The notes under the pieces: generated by a model
The model's database searches: none
The model's input: only the letters and a program-made list of their open reading frames with translations
Told to the model about the DNA's origin: nothing
Position numbers and translations under genes: made by a program
Source of the DNA: Torpedo marmorata
Lineage: Eukaryota
NCBI GenBank assembly: GCA_977017645.1
Contig: OZ360221.1
Location: 192,696,001-192,760,000 of the forward strand
DNA length: 64,000 bases
Direction of reading: 5' to 3'
In this document: positions 1 to 13,979 of the stretch, piece by piece
Layout: each line of letters begins with the position of its first letter
Numbering within the stretch: position 1 is the stretch's first letter

Positions 1-2094
1 TTTTAATGTTCATGCTTGTTGTATTTTTTGAGACAATATCAATAAATTTCCAATTGCAATTTTTCTCACAGATTAATTTATGGAATAAATCCCAGAAAAA
101 TATATTACCAGGTCAACCATTAATACCAAATTCTGACCAATGAGTGATTTTAGATGCTTAATATAAGGATTTATTGACTAATTGTGAATGCCATTGTTGT
201 CTGCACTGAGTATGTTGGAATAGGTATTATTGCCTGAAGCACACAACACAGATGTTCATCCCTTGTGAGAAGCTCTTACTGTCATCACATACCACTCTGA
301 GGCTTCAATATTCAATCTAGTAAACACCTTATTAGTAAGCCAGTACTTCATTTGATTTGTGCAACTAGACTTTGTGTGTCTGGATTTTTGATTTAATGAA
401 GATCACTCTTTCAAAAAAAATAATCAAAGCAAAAAAAAAATGTTGTTAACCACCCTCTGTATCCGTTCTAGCACTTGGCTATTGCCTGTTTTTGGCTTGT
501 GTCTTATCTGCATGCATATATGTAGGACAACACTGCTTCCATCTTTTTTCTTTTACCAGAAGCAATTCCTCGATTTGAATTCATCAGTGAACAATAAACA
601 TAATGAAATATAAGGATTTTTTTGGTCGGGAATACAACCCACGTTTAGAAGTACATATGAGTAACTGTAATTACACGTGACACCAATTACTCTGTTACAT
701 TGTATTAAATTTTAATGGAAAATTCCACAAGAGAATTGATGCCTAATTGCATCTTAATTTGCATAATTTTGCATATTAATTACCTCTCAGTTGAATAATA
801 AATTTCAGCACTTTTTTAATTTATGCATAGACACAAAGGAAGTTAAAAATTTAGGAAATTCAGGAAAGAATCAGGACCATATGGAAGCATATTATACTAA
901 TAAAGGTATTGTGTCATGGGTAGAACCATGGTAGTTATTTATATCTAAGGTACAACTTTGCATATTAACAATAACTACACTGCAATGAAGTAATTTTGCA
1001 GATTGAATATTTCTAGATTGCACCAAAAGAAACAAGCAGATAATATGAGCATATTTGATTTCAGAGGGAAGTTATAACATCAAGGCAAGCCCAGGATATG
1101 CTCCATTTTGCTTATGCAAAAGTTATCTAATTTCATTGAAGCCTCGTGTACCACTGTGTTGCATCATGTACAAGTAATCTGGCCCACAATTTATTTTAGC
1201 TGGGCATGAATTACCAATTTATCTCAATGCAAGTCATGATGACAAGTCTGATCATGTATTTGAAAGAAGATACTTTTCTGGGCTTTTATCCTTCCTTAAA
1301 GATTTACACCCTTGGCAACTGCATTTCGAAAATTCTGCAAAGCCACTGAATCCTGTTTTCCTCAGCCCATTTACTTATTCCATTATCGTAATCTTTGACC
1401 AATCACAGCTCTCTCTCTCTCAATTCATAACTATTTCCATCTCACTTTGTGTAATATTACAAAGTTATTCTTTAATTGTTAATGAGCTTGCATTCTCCTC
1501 AGGTCACCTGACCTCTCTTCCTCCAATCAGCTTCTAGCTGCTGCTCTGCCCCTTTCTTTTAAATTCTAACAGCTGCCGTTAGAATTTGGAATGTGTTGTA
1601 TGAGCTAAGTAGTTTTTATTTCTCATTTTCAACTGTAACTATACAATTAAGTTGAGTAAAGCTTGGAAAACAGTCACCAAGTCTTTTCATTCTCACAACA
1701 CTGTTTCCTAATTCTCCCATTTCTTTTGGATTTCAAATTATCAATGTTTTATTGTCTCTGACTACTAGTTTGCCTTCTGAGTACCTTTTTGTTGCTTCTA
1801 AGCCATTCCATATTTTTATTGGCCAACCCATCACCAAAAATAATCTCACAGTTACTATTGGTCTGAACCTCAGATGTTGTACCAATCAATATGAGACATC
1901 ACATAACCTATCAGATTTGTAAATCAATCTTTGATTTCTTGTGTGTAAAACCAGCAGTTATTGTTTTACAATGATGAAGCATTCTGCAACTGTACAATTT
2001 TTTTTAGAAAATTTAGAAATTAGTATAGAGATGGCTTCAGGAATATTAGAACAAGAAATGCTTTTACTGAAAAAGCAGGTGGTATACCTGTTGT

Positions 2095-2300
2095 GACACA
2101 GTGGTGCAGTGACAAGAGCTACTGCTTTACAGCTCCTGGGTACAAAGCTGATCTCTGGTGCTGTCTGCGTGGAGATTTCATATCCTCCCCGTGTCTGCGT
2201 GGGTTTCTCTTCACCCTAACTCTAACACTATTCCCTTTCACCATCAAAAGACATGCGAGCTGAAAAGTTAGTTGACTGTTGAAAATTTCCCCTAGTATAG
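2095..2300 (+). mobile_element. Degenerate tRNA-derived SINE (V-SINE-like)
   Basis: Core 'tcctccccgtgtctgcgtgggtttc' shared with SINE copies at 14511, 18727 and 41315. Confidence 0.6.
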
Positions 2301-3223
2301 GTCATGGAATTTGGGGACACAGGATGAGGGCAGTGGATGGGAACTTGGAAAGAATAGGTCAAATGGAAAATTAATGGAGGAATGAGTTGCTTTATGAGGT
2401 GGCATAGACTCAATAGGAAATAAGTGGAAGTATGAAATATGGATATTCAGGAAGAAATGTCCATTATGTCCTTGCACCCCCCAAACAATATTTCTTTCCC
2501 TTCACTTAAAGGCTTATTGGCCTTTCTTTTCATTGCATCCAAAAGACTGTGAACTGGGGCATGAAACATATGTTCCAAAAGGAATTTCCTCTTTATATCT
2601 GCCATCTGGGATCATGTGCAAGGTAAGGGATGTATTAATAGAAGTGTTGAGAATCTTGTTGCCCAGGGGTTTTCAGCCCCATTACTAAGATTAAGCTGAC
2701 AGTAGGTCTTTGCAGCTCCTTTGCCTCCTCTAAGTCACTCACCACTCCTTCAAATACAGCAGCAGTATCTCAACTGCAGTGGTGCCAATATTTTTCACCA
2801 TCTGGGAGCCCACTGAGCAAATTAGATGAATCCTGATCCAAGAAAATTAATACTGGTTGACATGGATTCATGGAGTGGAAGGACGACAAGTAGCAGAACT
2901 CTTCCCCAAAGAGAAAAAATGTGGCAAATCTGTCAAAATGAGATGAGTGCTTAGAATGCACCATTGATCAGTATAATACTTGTTAAACAAAGAAAAATGC
3001 AATGCTAAATCTAGTTCTGGTTCATGAAGCAACTGGCCAGACAGGAAAACAGATGAAAGACAAGAATTGTCAAATATTTCTTTTTCAGCCAAGAATTAAG
3101 GTAAACTATCATGTTAAAGAGATCCCACTTAATTGTTTAAGGGAATAAATCTGGAGGGAGAAATTGATCAAAGGTAGGATGTATATAAATATGAAATATA
3201 TGATGCACAGATAAACAAATTGC

Positions 3224-3290
3224 TCACACACACACCACCACATACAGACACCCACCCCCCCCCCCCCCCACACACACACACACACACACA
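3224..3290. repeat. (CA)n microsatellite with poly-C
   Basis: Directly visible CA runs and C tract. Confidence 0.9.
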
Positions 3291-3814
3291 TGACATTTAA
3301 ATCAAGTGGAAGTAAAAAAACTAGACTGCATTTTTTGGAATTCCATCTTTAAATCCCTTAAACTGGTTATATAAAGCTTACTTAATATCCACTTCTTTGA
3401 CTAAACTATTGTCACATGTTCAAGTATCCTTTACATTGGCTCAAAGTATTTTATCCCCTTACATGGTTATGAATTATTTTGGACATATTTCACCATTAAG
3501 TTTGTTCTATGTAAAAATGGCCCTATTGTTTTCACAGAAAGAATGCATCACAGTTGCTGGTGGTGTGAGAGGGTTTTCCAACAAGAGAGCTGAATGGAGA
3601 GACTACAGTGGGAAGTGGATGTCAATAAATGCAAATTGATGAAATTGATGAGAATATAGACTTAATGCTTAATAGTTGTAAAAATGTTGGTGGACGAAAA
3701 CAGAAAAGGAACAGAGAACTTGGAGAGTGAAAGAACAATGATGGACAATGAAAGTCAAACATATCAGCTAAGCATTTGCAGAGGTAAATAAGAACACAGA
3801 GTAAGAATAAGCCA

Positions 3815-4248
3815 TCAGTTCCTCCTCATCTCTGTCTTAAATCTACTCCCCTGAATCTTGAGACCATGCCCCCTAGTTCCAGTCTCACCCACCAGTGGGA
3901 ACAGCCTCCCTGCCTCTAATCTATACTTTTCATAACTTTATACATTTCTATGTAAGCCCCCTTCACCTTTCCAAACTCCAATGAGTATAGTCCCAAGCAA
4001 CTCAATCTTTCCTCATAAACTAACCACCTCATTTCCAGAATCAACCCAGTGAACCTTCTCTGAACCACCTCCAAAGCCATTATATCCTTTCTCGTAAGGA
4101 GACCAGAACTCCATGCAGCAATCCAGGTGCGGCCTCACTAGTACTTTGTATAGTTGCAGCAGAATCTCCTCGTTCTTAAATTCAATCTCTCTAGCAATAA
4201 AGGCCAATATTCCATTTGCCTTCTTGATCACCTGCAAACTAACCATTT
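3815..4248 (-). mobile_element. CR1 LINE RT C-terminal fragment
   Basis: ORF 4013-4258 KKANGILAFI...LYKVLVRPHL...FWSPY, typical of the CR1 ORF2 C-terminus. Confidence 0.8.
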
Positions 4249-6070
4249 TTAGAACCATAGAACACTACAGCACAGAAAACAGGCCATTCGGCCCTTCTAG
4301 TCTGTGCCGAAATATTATTCTGCTAGTCCCATTGACCTGCACCCAGTCCATAACCCTCCAGACCTCTCCCATCCATGTATCTATCCAATTTATTCTTAAA
4401 ACTTAAGAGTGAGTCCGCATTTACCACGTCAGATGGCAGCTCGTTCCATACTCCCACCACTCTCTGAGTGAACAAGTTCCCCCTAATGTTCCCCCTAAAC
4501 CTTTCCCCTTTCACCCCAAAGACATGTCCTCTCATATTTATCTCTCCTAATCTAAGTGGAAAGAGCCTACTCGCATTTACTCTGTCTATACCCCTCATAA
4601 TTTTTTTAACTAACAAATCTCCCCTCATTCTTCTACGCTCCAAGGAATAAAGTCCTAACCTGTTTAATCCTTCCCTTTAACTCAACTCCTGAAGACCCGG
4701 CAACATCCAAGTAAATCTTCTCTGCACACTTTCAATCTTACTGAAATCCTTCCGGTAGTTAGGCAACCAGAACTGCACACAATACTCCAAATTTGGCCTC
4801 ACCAATGTCTTATACAACCTCACCATAACATCCCAACCCCTGTACTCAATACTTTGATTTATGAAGGCCAAAATGCCAAAAGCTTTGTTTACAACCCTGT
4901 CTACCTGTGACGCCACTTTCAGGGAATTATGTATCTGTATTCCCAGATCCCTTTGTTCCTCCACACTCCTCAGTGCCCTACCATTTACTGTGTATGTCCT
5001 TGGTCCCGACATGGACCACGACATCTGGCTGCTCACCCTCCCTCCTGAGAATACCGAGAACTCGATCCGAGATATCACGGACCCTGGCACCAGGGAGGCA
5101 ACAGACCATCTGGGATTCTCGATCTCTCCCATAGAACCTCTTATCTGTCCCCCTAACTATCGAATCCCCTATCACTACTGCTCTCCTCTTTTCCCTCCTT
5201 CCTTTCTGAGCTGAGGGTCCAGTCTCAGTGCCAGAGACGTGACCACTACAACTTGTCCCTGGTAGGTCGTCCCTACCAACAGTATCCAAAACAGTATACT
5301 TATTGTTGATGCGAACAGCCACAGGGGTGCTCTGCTCTCTCTGCCTATTCCCCTTCCCTCTCCTGGCAGTCACCCAGCTACCTGCCTCCTGACATTTGGG
5401 GGTGACTGTCTCCCTGAAGCTCCTGTCTATTACTGCCTCTGCCTCCCAAATGTTCCGAAGTTCATCCAGCTCCAGCTCCAGTTCCCTAACTCGGTTTGTC
5501 AGGAGCTGCAGCTGGATGCACCTTTTGCAGGTGTAGTCATCAGGGACAATTGTGCTGTCCCAGATTTCCCACATCCCGCAATCAGAGCAATCCACTGCCC
5601 TAGATGACTCCATTACCTACTCCTAATTTAATTAAAGGATCTTACCTGGCCTTACCTCACTGGAAACAAGCTCGTCCTCAGCCTCTGCTCGCCGAAGCCT
5701 CTCGAGCCAAAGCCTCAAAGCTCCACTCCTACACTGGGCCACTCACACACTGGCTGCTCCTCTTCAGCTTCCCCTCCTTTTATTTGTCCCTGCAAATTAT
5801 CTCAAGTACACACTCCCACAAATCAACACTCTGTTTAACCCTTCAGTTGCCCTCCGCGCTCTTTTTAAAACTCATTCACCTTGGCTGGTTCCCAACACTC
5901 ACCGCTTTCCCAAGTCCTTCGCTTCTCCTCTTGCTGCAACGGCCCCGAGATCAAAATGGCCCAAGTCCCCGCTCTGCGCTCTTTTTAAATCTCACTCACC
6001 TAGGCTGGTTCCCTACACTCACTGCTCTCCCGAGTCCTTCGCTCCTCCTCTTGCTGCGACGGTCCCGAGT
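4249..6070 (-). mobile_element. Internally deleted CR1 LINE: 5'UTR + ORF1 (zinc finger, leucine zipper, GDS-esterase) joined directly to the ORF2 C-terminus and 3' tail
   Basis: ORF 4978-5613 has CSDC..CKRC, VRELELELDEL, VVIGDSIVRG and CCLPGARVRD. It joins YTVNGRAL..DLG..LYKTLVRPNLEYCVQFW at about 4997. CR1-type tail at 4249-4310. Confidence 0.85.
5855..6069. repeat. Two ~120-bp tandem units in the CR1 5' region
   Basis: 'gcgctctttttaaa.ctca.tcacct.ggctggttccc.acactcac...' occurs at about 5856 and about 5976. Confidence 0.8.
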
Positions 6071-6817
6071 TCATTTGTGATTCTTGTACAAGTAGTCCCA
6101 TATCTCTCTACTCTCTCTGAGGGAGAAAGAATTTCTTAAAGATAAAAGAAAATTATGTCTGAAAGTGAAAAGCGATGGTGAAGCTTAAAAATATATTTTA
6201 TATCAGGTTTTCCTGAGCAAGCAAATATGGAGGGTTTAAATGTTGAAAGAGAAAGCAGTGGGGTTCAAAATTCAAAACTAATGAGGTTGAAACTTCAGAA
6301 AGTTAATCAGACTAAAAATTAAAAATCTACCAGGCACAGATGGTGTACATCCAGAAAACCAAAGACGAAGAATGAGATGAAAGAGACAAAACTTAGAATT
6401 GTGCTTCAGGTCTACAAGCTGGGAAATACTTGCAAAAAGAAAGGAAAAGATAACCCAGGCATTTTTATTTTAGCTAATGTCAAAAATCTGATGGAAAGCT
6501 TGGTAAACTTACAATCCTGATGTGGAGTTCCCAATTTTGTAAATGCACATTAAGATTCATGTGTAAATAAAGGCAGGTCCCAGATGATTGCCCATCAATT
6601 AATTTTAATTGACAGAAAATTCTAATATGTCAACTAACTTCTGCAAACAAAACTCTTAACATGAATTCACGGTGCATGGAGCTGTGCACCAACACAGCGA
6701 AAACTGAGCCTGGAAGAAATGTCGCTGAATACACAAAGAGGTGGGTTAAGAGCATCAGATAGTATAGTATCACTTGGACATTTCTAAGCTTGTAGGATGT
6801 AACTCGTGATCTGCGCT

Positions 6818-8498
6818 ACAGCCTACAAAGCGAGGGCGAACACTATAGATGGCTGTGATGCTTCACTACCGATGAGCTGAACACTTTCTATGCCTGCTTT
6901 GAGAAGAGGGACCAAACAGTGCCTACTAGAATCCCTCAAAAGACTGAGGACCCTGTGATATCTGTCTCTGAGGGCGACATCAGAACATCATTCAAGAGGG
7001 TGAACCCACGCAAGGCGTGAGGCCCTGACGGAGTACCTGGCAGGGTACTGAAAATCTGCGCCAACCAACTAGCCGGAGTGTTCACGGACATTTACAACCT
7101 CTCATTGCGGCAGTCAGAGGTTCCCATCTGCTTCAAAAGGGCATCAATCATCCCGGTACCCAAGAAGAGTAGTGTGAGCTGCCTCAACGACTACCGCACT
7201 AACTACTACTGTGATGAAATGCTTTGAGAGACTGGTCATGGCCAGTATTAACACGTACCTAAGCAAAGATCTGGACCTACTGCAATTCGCCTATCGTCAC
7301 AATCGCTCCACAGCAGATGCAATATCGCTGGCTCTCCACTCAGCTCTGGATCACCTCGAAAACAGCAATTCATACATACGGCTGCTCTTCATCAACTACA
7401 GCTCGGCCTTCAATACCATTATACCCTCTGTGCTGGTCAAGAAGCTACAGACTCTAGGCCTCTGTACCCCACTTTGCCACTGGATCCTTGACTTTCTCAA
7501 CGGAAGACCACAGTCAGTATGAATTGGAAACAACGTCTCCTCCTCACTGATTAGCAACACAGGCGCACACCAAGGATGTGTGCTTAGCCCACTGCTCTAC
7601 TCGTTATACACCCATGACTGTGTGGCCAGGCACAATTCCAATGCCATCTACAAGTTTGCGGATGACACCACAGTTGTCGGCAGAATCACAAACGGCAATG
7701 AGGAAGCGTAAAGGAGGGAGATAGATCAGCTCGTTGAATGGTGTAATGACAACAACCTTGAGCACAAGTCAGCGAAACCAAGGAGATGATTGTGGACTTC
7801 AGGAGGAATTCAGGGGAACACAACCCAGTCCTCATTGAGGGCTCAGTAGTGGAAAGGGTCAAGAACTTCAAATTCCTGGGTGTCAACATCTCCGAGGATC
7901 TGTCCTGGAGCCTCCACGTTGATGCAATCACAAAAAAGGCTCGTCAGCGGCTATACTTTGTGAGGTGCCTGAGGAGATTCGGAATGTCACCGAAGACTCT
8001 CGTAAACTTCTACAGGTGTACCGTGGAGAGCATTCTGGCTGGTTGCATCACTGCCTGGTATGGAGGCGCCAACTCTCAGGACAAGAATAAACTCCAGAGG
8101 GTTGTTAACTCAGACTGTGACATCACAGGCACCAAACTTCACTCCATCGAGGAGGACATCTACATGAGGCGGTGTCTTAAAAAAGCAGCCTCTATCCTCA
8201 AAGACCGCCACCACCCAGGCCATGCCCTCTTCACTCTGCAACCATCGGGAAAAAGGTACAGGAGCCTAAAGATGAGCACTCAACGGCACAAGGACAGTTT
8301 CTTCCCCGCTGCCATCAGATTCCTGAATAATCAATGAACCAAAGCCACTGCCTTACTTTTCGTGCACTATTATTTATAATTTTTTATAGTAATGTCATAA
8401 GATGGTTATAATATGAATGTTAATTGCACTATGATGCTGCCGCAAAACACCGAATTTCATGACTTGTTCATGACAATAAATTCCGATTCTGATTCTGA
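6818..8498 (+). mobile_element. Rex1/Babar-type LINE, 5'-truncated and disrupted
   Basis: [35 protein letters not shown] motifs; ends in aataaa + (attctg)n. Confidence 0.85.
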
Positions 8499-8681
8499 AT
8501 AGTGGCAATGAGAACATTTGTGATCTGTGGGAAGAAGATATCATTCTGAAACTGTCGAGCACACTGGAATAAAGTTATTCTTCTTTTGACTTCCAAAGGC
8601 TGTCTACGTTTGCAAATTTTTCAATGGGATTTAATAACCTGTTTCTGTGTCCTCTGTGTTATCTACAAGTTGATATTTGCA

Positions 8682-11432
8682 AGGATTAGAATAGAACTAA
8701 ATAATATAGGAGAAGATTTGAAAGAAGAAGTTATTTATAAATGGAATTCTAAATTATTATTAACAAGAGGGAAGAATTCTCCTATTTTTAAACATTTGTT
8801 AGAAATATGGAATAGAGTGGATAGTGAGATAGGAGGGAAAGGGTCGATTTCTCGAAAAATGCCTTTATACCAAAATAAACATTCCATTTACTGTTGATAA
8901 TCAATTATTTAAAATTTGGTTCCAAAAGGGAATTAAGAAAATAAATGATTGTTTTGAAGCTGGTAAATTTATTACTTTTCAAAGATTGAAACATAAATTT
9001 AATGTATTGAACAATACACTTTTTGCTTATTATCAAATTAGAGCGTTTTTAATTGGGAAGTTGGGTTATAGTTTGTCTCTACCAAGACAGAGTGAACTGG
9101 AATTATTAGTTACTAATGGAGGTGTAAATAAATTTATTTCTCAAATGTATAGATTGTTACAGAGAAAAATGCCTAAATTAGGAATTCACAAATCAAGATT
9201 AAAATGGGAATCAGATTTGAATGTAACAATAGATGAGGAACATTGGAAAGAATTGTTAAACTAAGTATGACGAAGATTATTAACGTTAGATATAGATTAG
9301 TGCAATATAATTTCTTTCATCAATTATATTTAACGCCTAAAAAAATTAAATAAATTTAATTCAACATTATCAGGTTTATGTTTTAGATTTAATAGAGAGG
9401 AAGGTTCTTTTGTACATTCTACATGGTTCTGTCCAAAGATATATGATTTTTGGTTGAAAGTTAAAAAATTTTTAGACAAAGTATTAAGTATTACACTCCC
9501 AATGGACCCTATGATATTTTTGTTTGGAGATATTAAAATAATTATTATTTTTTTAAAAAATTATTTTATTTAAATTTTTAAATCACAAAATACATGAGAT
9601 AAAATATAAAATTATCAAAATACATGTGATACATTTTCACCCCCCCACCCTCCCTCCCCTCCCCAACCCCCCCCCCATCCCCACTAATCTAATAAAAAAT
9701 AAAAATTAAAATAAAATAGAAAAAAGAAAGAAAAGAATAGAATGAGGGGAATACCTTCTAAACTAATTCTATTATGGAGGTCAAATATGCCAGCAGATCT
9801 GATATCTAGAGATCTTCAAATCCTTAAACCCACAGCTCTCATATATGGGCTCCAAATTTTCAAGAAAAAGTGATATTTATTACGTAAATTATAAGTAATT
9901 TTTTCAAGTGGTATACACGAACGAAGTTCTGCGTGCCATCTTTCTAGTCCTAAATCTAAATCAGATTTCCAAGTAATAGCAATGCATTTTTTGAAACAGC
10001 TAAAGCAATTCGCAAAAATTCTACTTGATACATATTTAATTTCTTTTTAATACTAAATTTTTTAATATCTCCAAATAAAAATAACATAGGATCCATTGGA
10101 AATGCAATGTTAAATACTTTATCTAAAAAATTTTTAACTTTCAACCAAAAATCTTGAATTTTTGGACAAAACCATGTAGAATGAACAAAAGAACCTTCCT
10201 CTCTATTGCATCTAAAACATAAGCCTGATAATGTCGGATTAAATTTCTTTAATTTTGTAGGTGTTAAATATAATTGATGAAAAAATTATATTGTACTAAT
10301 CTATATCTAACATTGATAATCTTCGTCATACTTAATTTACATAAATCTTTCGAATGATTTTCATCTATATTTACATTTAAATCTAACTCCCATTTTAATC
10401 TTGATTTATGCAATCCTATTTTAGGCATTTTCCTCTGAAACAATTAATACATTTGAGAAATAAATTTATTGACATCTCCATTAGTAACTAATAATTCTAA
10501 CTCATTTTGTCTCGGTAAAATTAAATCATAACCTAATTTCTCAGTCAAAAAATCTTTAACTTGATAATAAGCTAAAAATGTATTATCTGGTATATTAAAT
10601 TTATCTTTCATTCTTTGAAAGGTAATAAATTTTCCAGCTTCAAAACAATCATTAATCTTCTTAATACCTTTTTGAAACCAAATTTTAAGTAACTGATTAT
10701 TAACAGTAAATGATATAAATCCATTTTGATATAATGGCATATTTGAAGAAATTAATCCTTTTCCACCTATTTCTTTATCCGTCTTACCCCATATTTCTAA
10801 CAAATGTTTAATAATTGGTATTAATTTAGAATCCCATTTATAAATAATTTGTTCTTTAAGATTTTCTCCTATATTATTTAATTCTATTTTAATCCAAGTT
10901 AGTATTAAGATGAAATTAAATATGTATCAAATAGAATTTCTGCGAATTGCTTTAGCTGTTTCTAAGAAATGCATTGCTATTACTTAGAAATCTGATGTAG
11001 ATTTAGGGTTAGAAAGATGGCATGCAGAACTTCGTTCATGTATACCACTTGAAAAAATTACTTATAGTTTATGTAATAAATATCATTTATTTTTGAAAAT
11101 ATGGAGCCCTATATAAAAACTGTTGGTTTAAGGATTTGAAGATCTCTGGATATCAGATCTGACTGGCGAACCTATCTTCCACAATAAAATCAGTTTATAG
11201 TTGTTTTTTTTTAGATTGACATTCTCCTTACTCTATCTTTTTCTTTCTTTCTTTCATTCTTTCTTTTTAATTTTAGTAGATTAGTAGGGGTGGGAGGGTT
11301 AGGGAGGGGAGGGAGGGAGGGGGGGGTGAAAATGTATCACATGTATTTTGATAATTTTGTATTTTATTTTATGTATTTTGTGATTTAAAAATTTTAAATA
11401 AAATATTTTTAAAAATAATAATAATAATAAAA
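8682..11432 (+). mobile_element. L1/Tx1-clade ORF2 3' part, split by a nested antisense L1
   Basis: Collinear with the copy at 35830-37200. Interrupted at about 9543, resumes at about 10899 (agtattaagatg). G-rich 3'UTR and A-rich tail at 11290-11432. Confidence 0.85.
9544..10898 (-). mobile_element. L1/Tx1-clade 5'-truncated copy nested in the opposite orientation
   Basis: ORFs 10444-10803 and 9956-10144 are homologous to the host copy and to 52662-53396; tail at about 9544-9580. Confidence 0.85.
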
Positions 11433-11433
11433 A

Positions 11434-12351
11434 AACACAGGCGCACACCAAGGATGCGTGCTTAGCCCACTGCTCTACTCGTTATACACCCATGACTGTG
11501 TGGCCAGGCCATCTACAAGTTTGCCGATGACACCACTGTTTTCGGCAGAATCACAAACGGCAATGAGGAAGCGTACAGGAGCGAGATAAATCAGCTCGTT
11601 GAATGGTGTAACGACAACAACCTTGCGCTCAACGTCAACAAAACCAAGGAGATGATTGTGGACTTCAGGAGGAAGTCAGGGGAACACGACCCAGTCCTCA
11701 TCGAGGGCTCAGTAGTGGAGAGGGTCAAAAACTTCAAATTGCTGGGTGTCAACATCTCCGAGGATCTGTCCTGGAGCCTCCACGTTGATGCAATCACAAA
11801 GAAGGCTCACCAGCGGCTATACTTTGTGAGGTGTTTGAGGAGATTCGGTATGTCACCAAAGACACCCGTAAACCTTTACAGGTGTACCGTGGAGAGCATT
11901 CTGGCTGGTTGCATCACTGCCTGGTATGGAGGCGCCAACTCTCAGGACAAGAATAAACTCCAGAGGGTTGTTAACTTGGCATGTGAAATCACAGGCACTA
12001 TACTTCACTCCATCGAGGACATCTACACGAGGCGGTGTCTTAAAAAAGCAGCCTCTGTCCTCAAAGACCCCCACCACCCAGGCCATACCCTCTTCACTCT
12101 GCAACCATCGGGAAAAAGGTAAGAGCCTAAAAACGAGCACTCAATGGCACAAGGTCAGCTTCTTCCCCGCTGCCATCAGATTCCTGAATAATCAATGATC
12201 CAAAGACACTGCCTTACTTTTCATGCACTGTTATTTTTATCTTTTTTATAGTAATGTCATAAGGTCGTTATAATATGAATGTTTGCACTATGATGCTGCC
12301 GCAAAACACCGAATTTCATGACTTGTTCATGACAATAAATTCTGATTCTGA
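11434..12351 (+). mobile_element. Rex1/Babar-type LINE, 5'-truncated
   Basis: Near-identical to 7555-8498; (attctg)n tail. Confidence 0.85.
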
Positions 12352-12582
12352 AATCTGTTCCAAGATCTTGTATGTTTTCCATTTATGCAAATTATTCAGA
12401 TGTGGGGAAAAGATAAACAATTATTATCACTTGTTGATTATAAGTAAAATTGCTGGAGTCTGTGAGAAAAACCGAGCCATCTGCATAACTAGCATATCTA
12501 TGCAGAAGCAGTTAAATATGACAAATGTGAAATCCTACATTTTGCGGCTAGTTCACAGATGGCATATTGATAGCAGTTTTGA

Positions 12583-13979
12583 AATCAGAATGAGAATTTA
12601 TTGTCATGAACAAGTCATGAAATTCGGTGTTTTGCAGCATCATCATAGTCCAAACATTCATATTATAACCATCTTACAACATTACTATAAAAAATATATA
12701 AATAATAGTGCACGAAAAGTAAGGCAGTGTCTTTGGTTCATTGATTATTCAGGAATCTGATGGCAGCGGGGAAGAAGCTGTCCTTGTGCCATTGAGTGCT
12801 CGTCTTTAGGCTCCTGTACCTTTTTCCCGATGGTAGCAGAGTGAAGAGGGCATGTCCTGGGTGGTGGGGGTCTGAGGATAGAGGCTGCTTTTTTAAGACA
12901 CGGCCTCATGTAGATGTCCTCGATGGAGTGATGTCTGGTGCCTGTGATGTCACAGGCCAAGTTAACAACCCTCTGGAGTTTATTCTTGTCCTGAGAGTTG
13001 GTGCCTCCACACCAGGCAGTGATGCAACCAGCCAGAATGCTCTCCACGGTACACCTGTAGAAGTTTACGAGAGTCTTTGGTGACATACCGAATCTCCTCA
13101 GACCCCTCACAAAGTATAGCCGCTGGCAAGCCTTCTTTGTGATTGCATCAATATGGAGGCTCCAGGACAGATCCTCGGAGCTGTTGACACCCAGGAATTT
13201 GAAGTTCTTTACCCTCTCCACTACTGAGCCCTCGATGGGGACTGGGTCGTGTTCCCCTGAATTCCTCCTGAAGTCCACAATCATCTCCTTGGTTTTGCTG
13301 ACGTTGAGCTCAAGGTTGTTGTCATTACACCATTCAACGAGCTGATCTATCTCCCTCCTGTACGCTTCCTCATTGCCGTTTGTGATTCTGCCGACAACTG
13401 TGGTGTCATCGGCAAACTTGTAGATGGCATTGGAATTGTGCCTGGCCACACAGTCATAGGTGTATAACGAGTAGAGCAGTGGGCTAAGCATGCATCCTTG
13501 GAGTGCGTCTGTGTTGATAATCAGTGAGGAGGAGACGTTGTTTCCAATTCGTACTGACTGTGGTCTTCCGATGAGAAAGTCAAGGATCCAGTTGCAGAGT
13601 GGGGTACAGAGGCCTAAAGTTTGTAGCTTCTTGACCAGCACTGAGGGAATAATGGTATTGAAGGCCGAGCTGTAGTCGATGAAGAGCAGCCGTATGTATG
13701 AATTGCTGTTTTCGAGGTGATCCAGAGCTGAGTGGAGAGCCAGCGATATTGCATCTGCTGTGGAGCGATTGTGACGATAGGCGAATTGCAGTGGGTCCAG
13801 ATCTTTGCTTAGGTACGTGTTAATTCTGGCCATGACCAGCCTCTCAAAGCATTTCATCACAGTAGAAGTTAGTGCTACTGGACGGTAGTCGTTGAGGCAG
13901 CCCACACTACTCTTCTTGGGTACCGGGATGAATGATGCCCTTTTGAATCAGGTGGGAACCTCTGACTGCTGCAATGAGA
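12583..13979 (-). mobile_element. Rex1/Babar-type LINE with a 386-aa open RT fragment
   Basis: ORF 12745-13905: [35 protein letters not shown]. Confidence 0.9.

Noticed and set aside
3089-3100. 12-nt micro-exon (ttttcAG ccaagaattaag GTaaac)
   Set aside because: Such splice-like motifs arise by chance; no supporting evidence from sequence alone.
12275-12760. 161-aa ORF
   Set aside because: Runs across two opposed Rex1 3'UTRs and their spacer; a chance frame.
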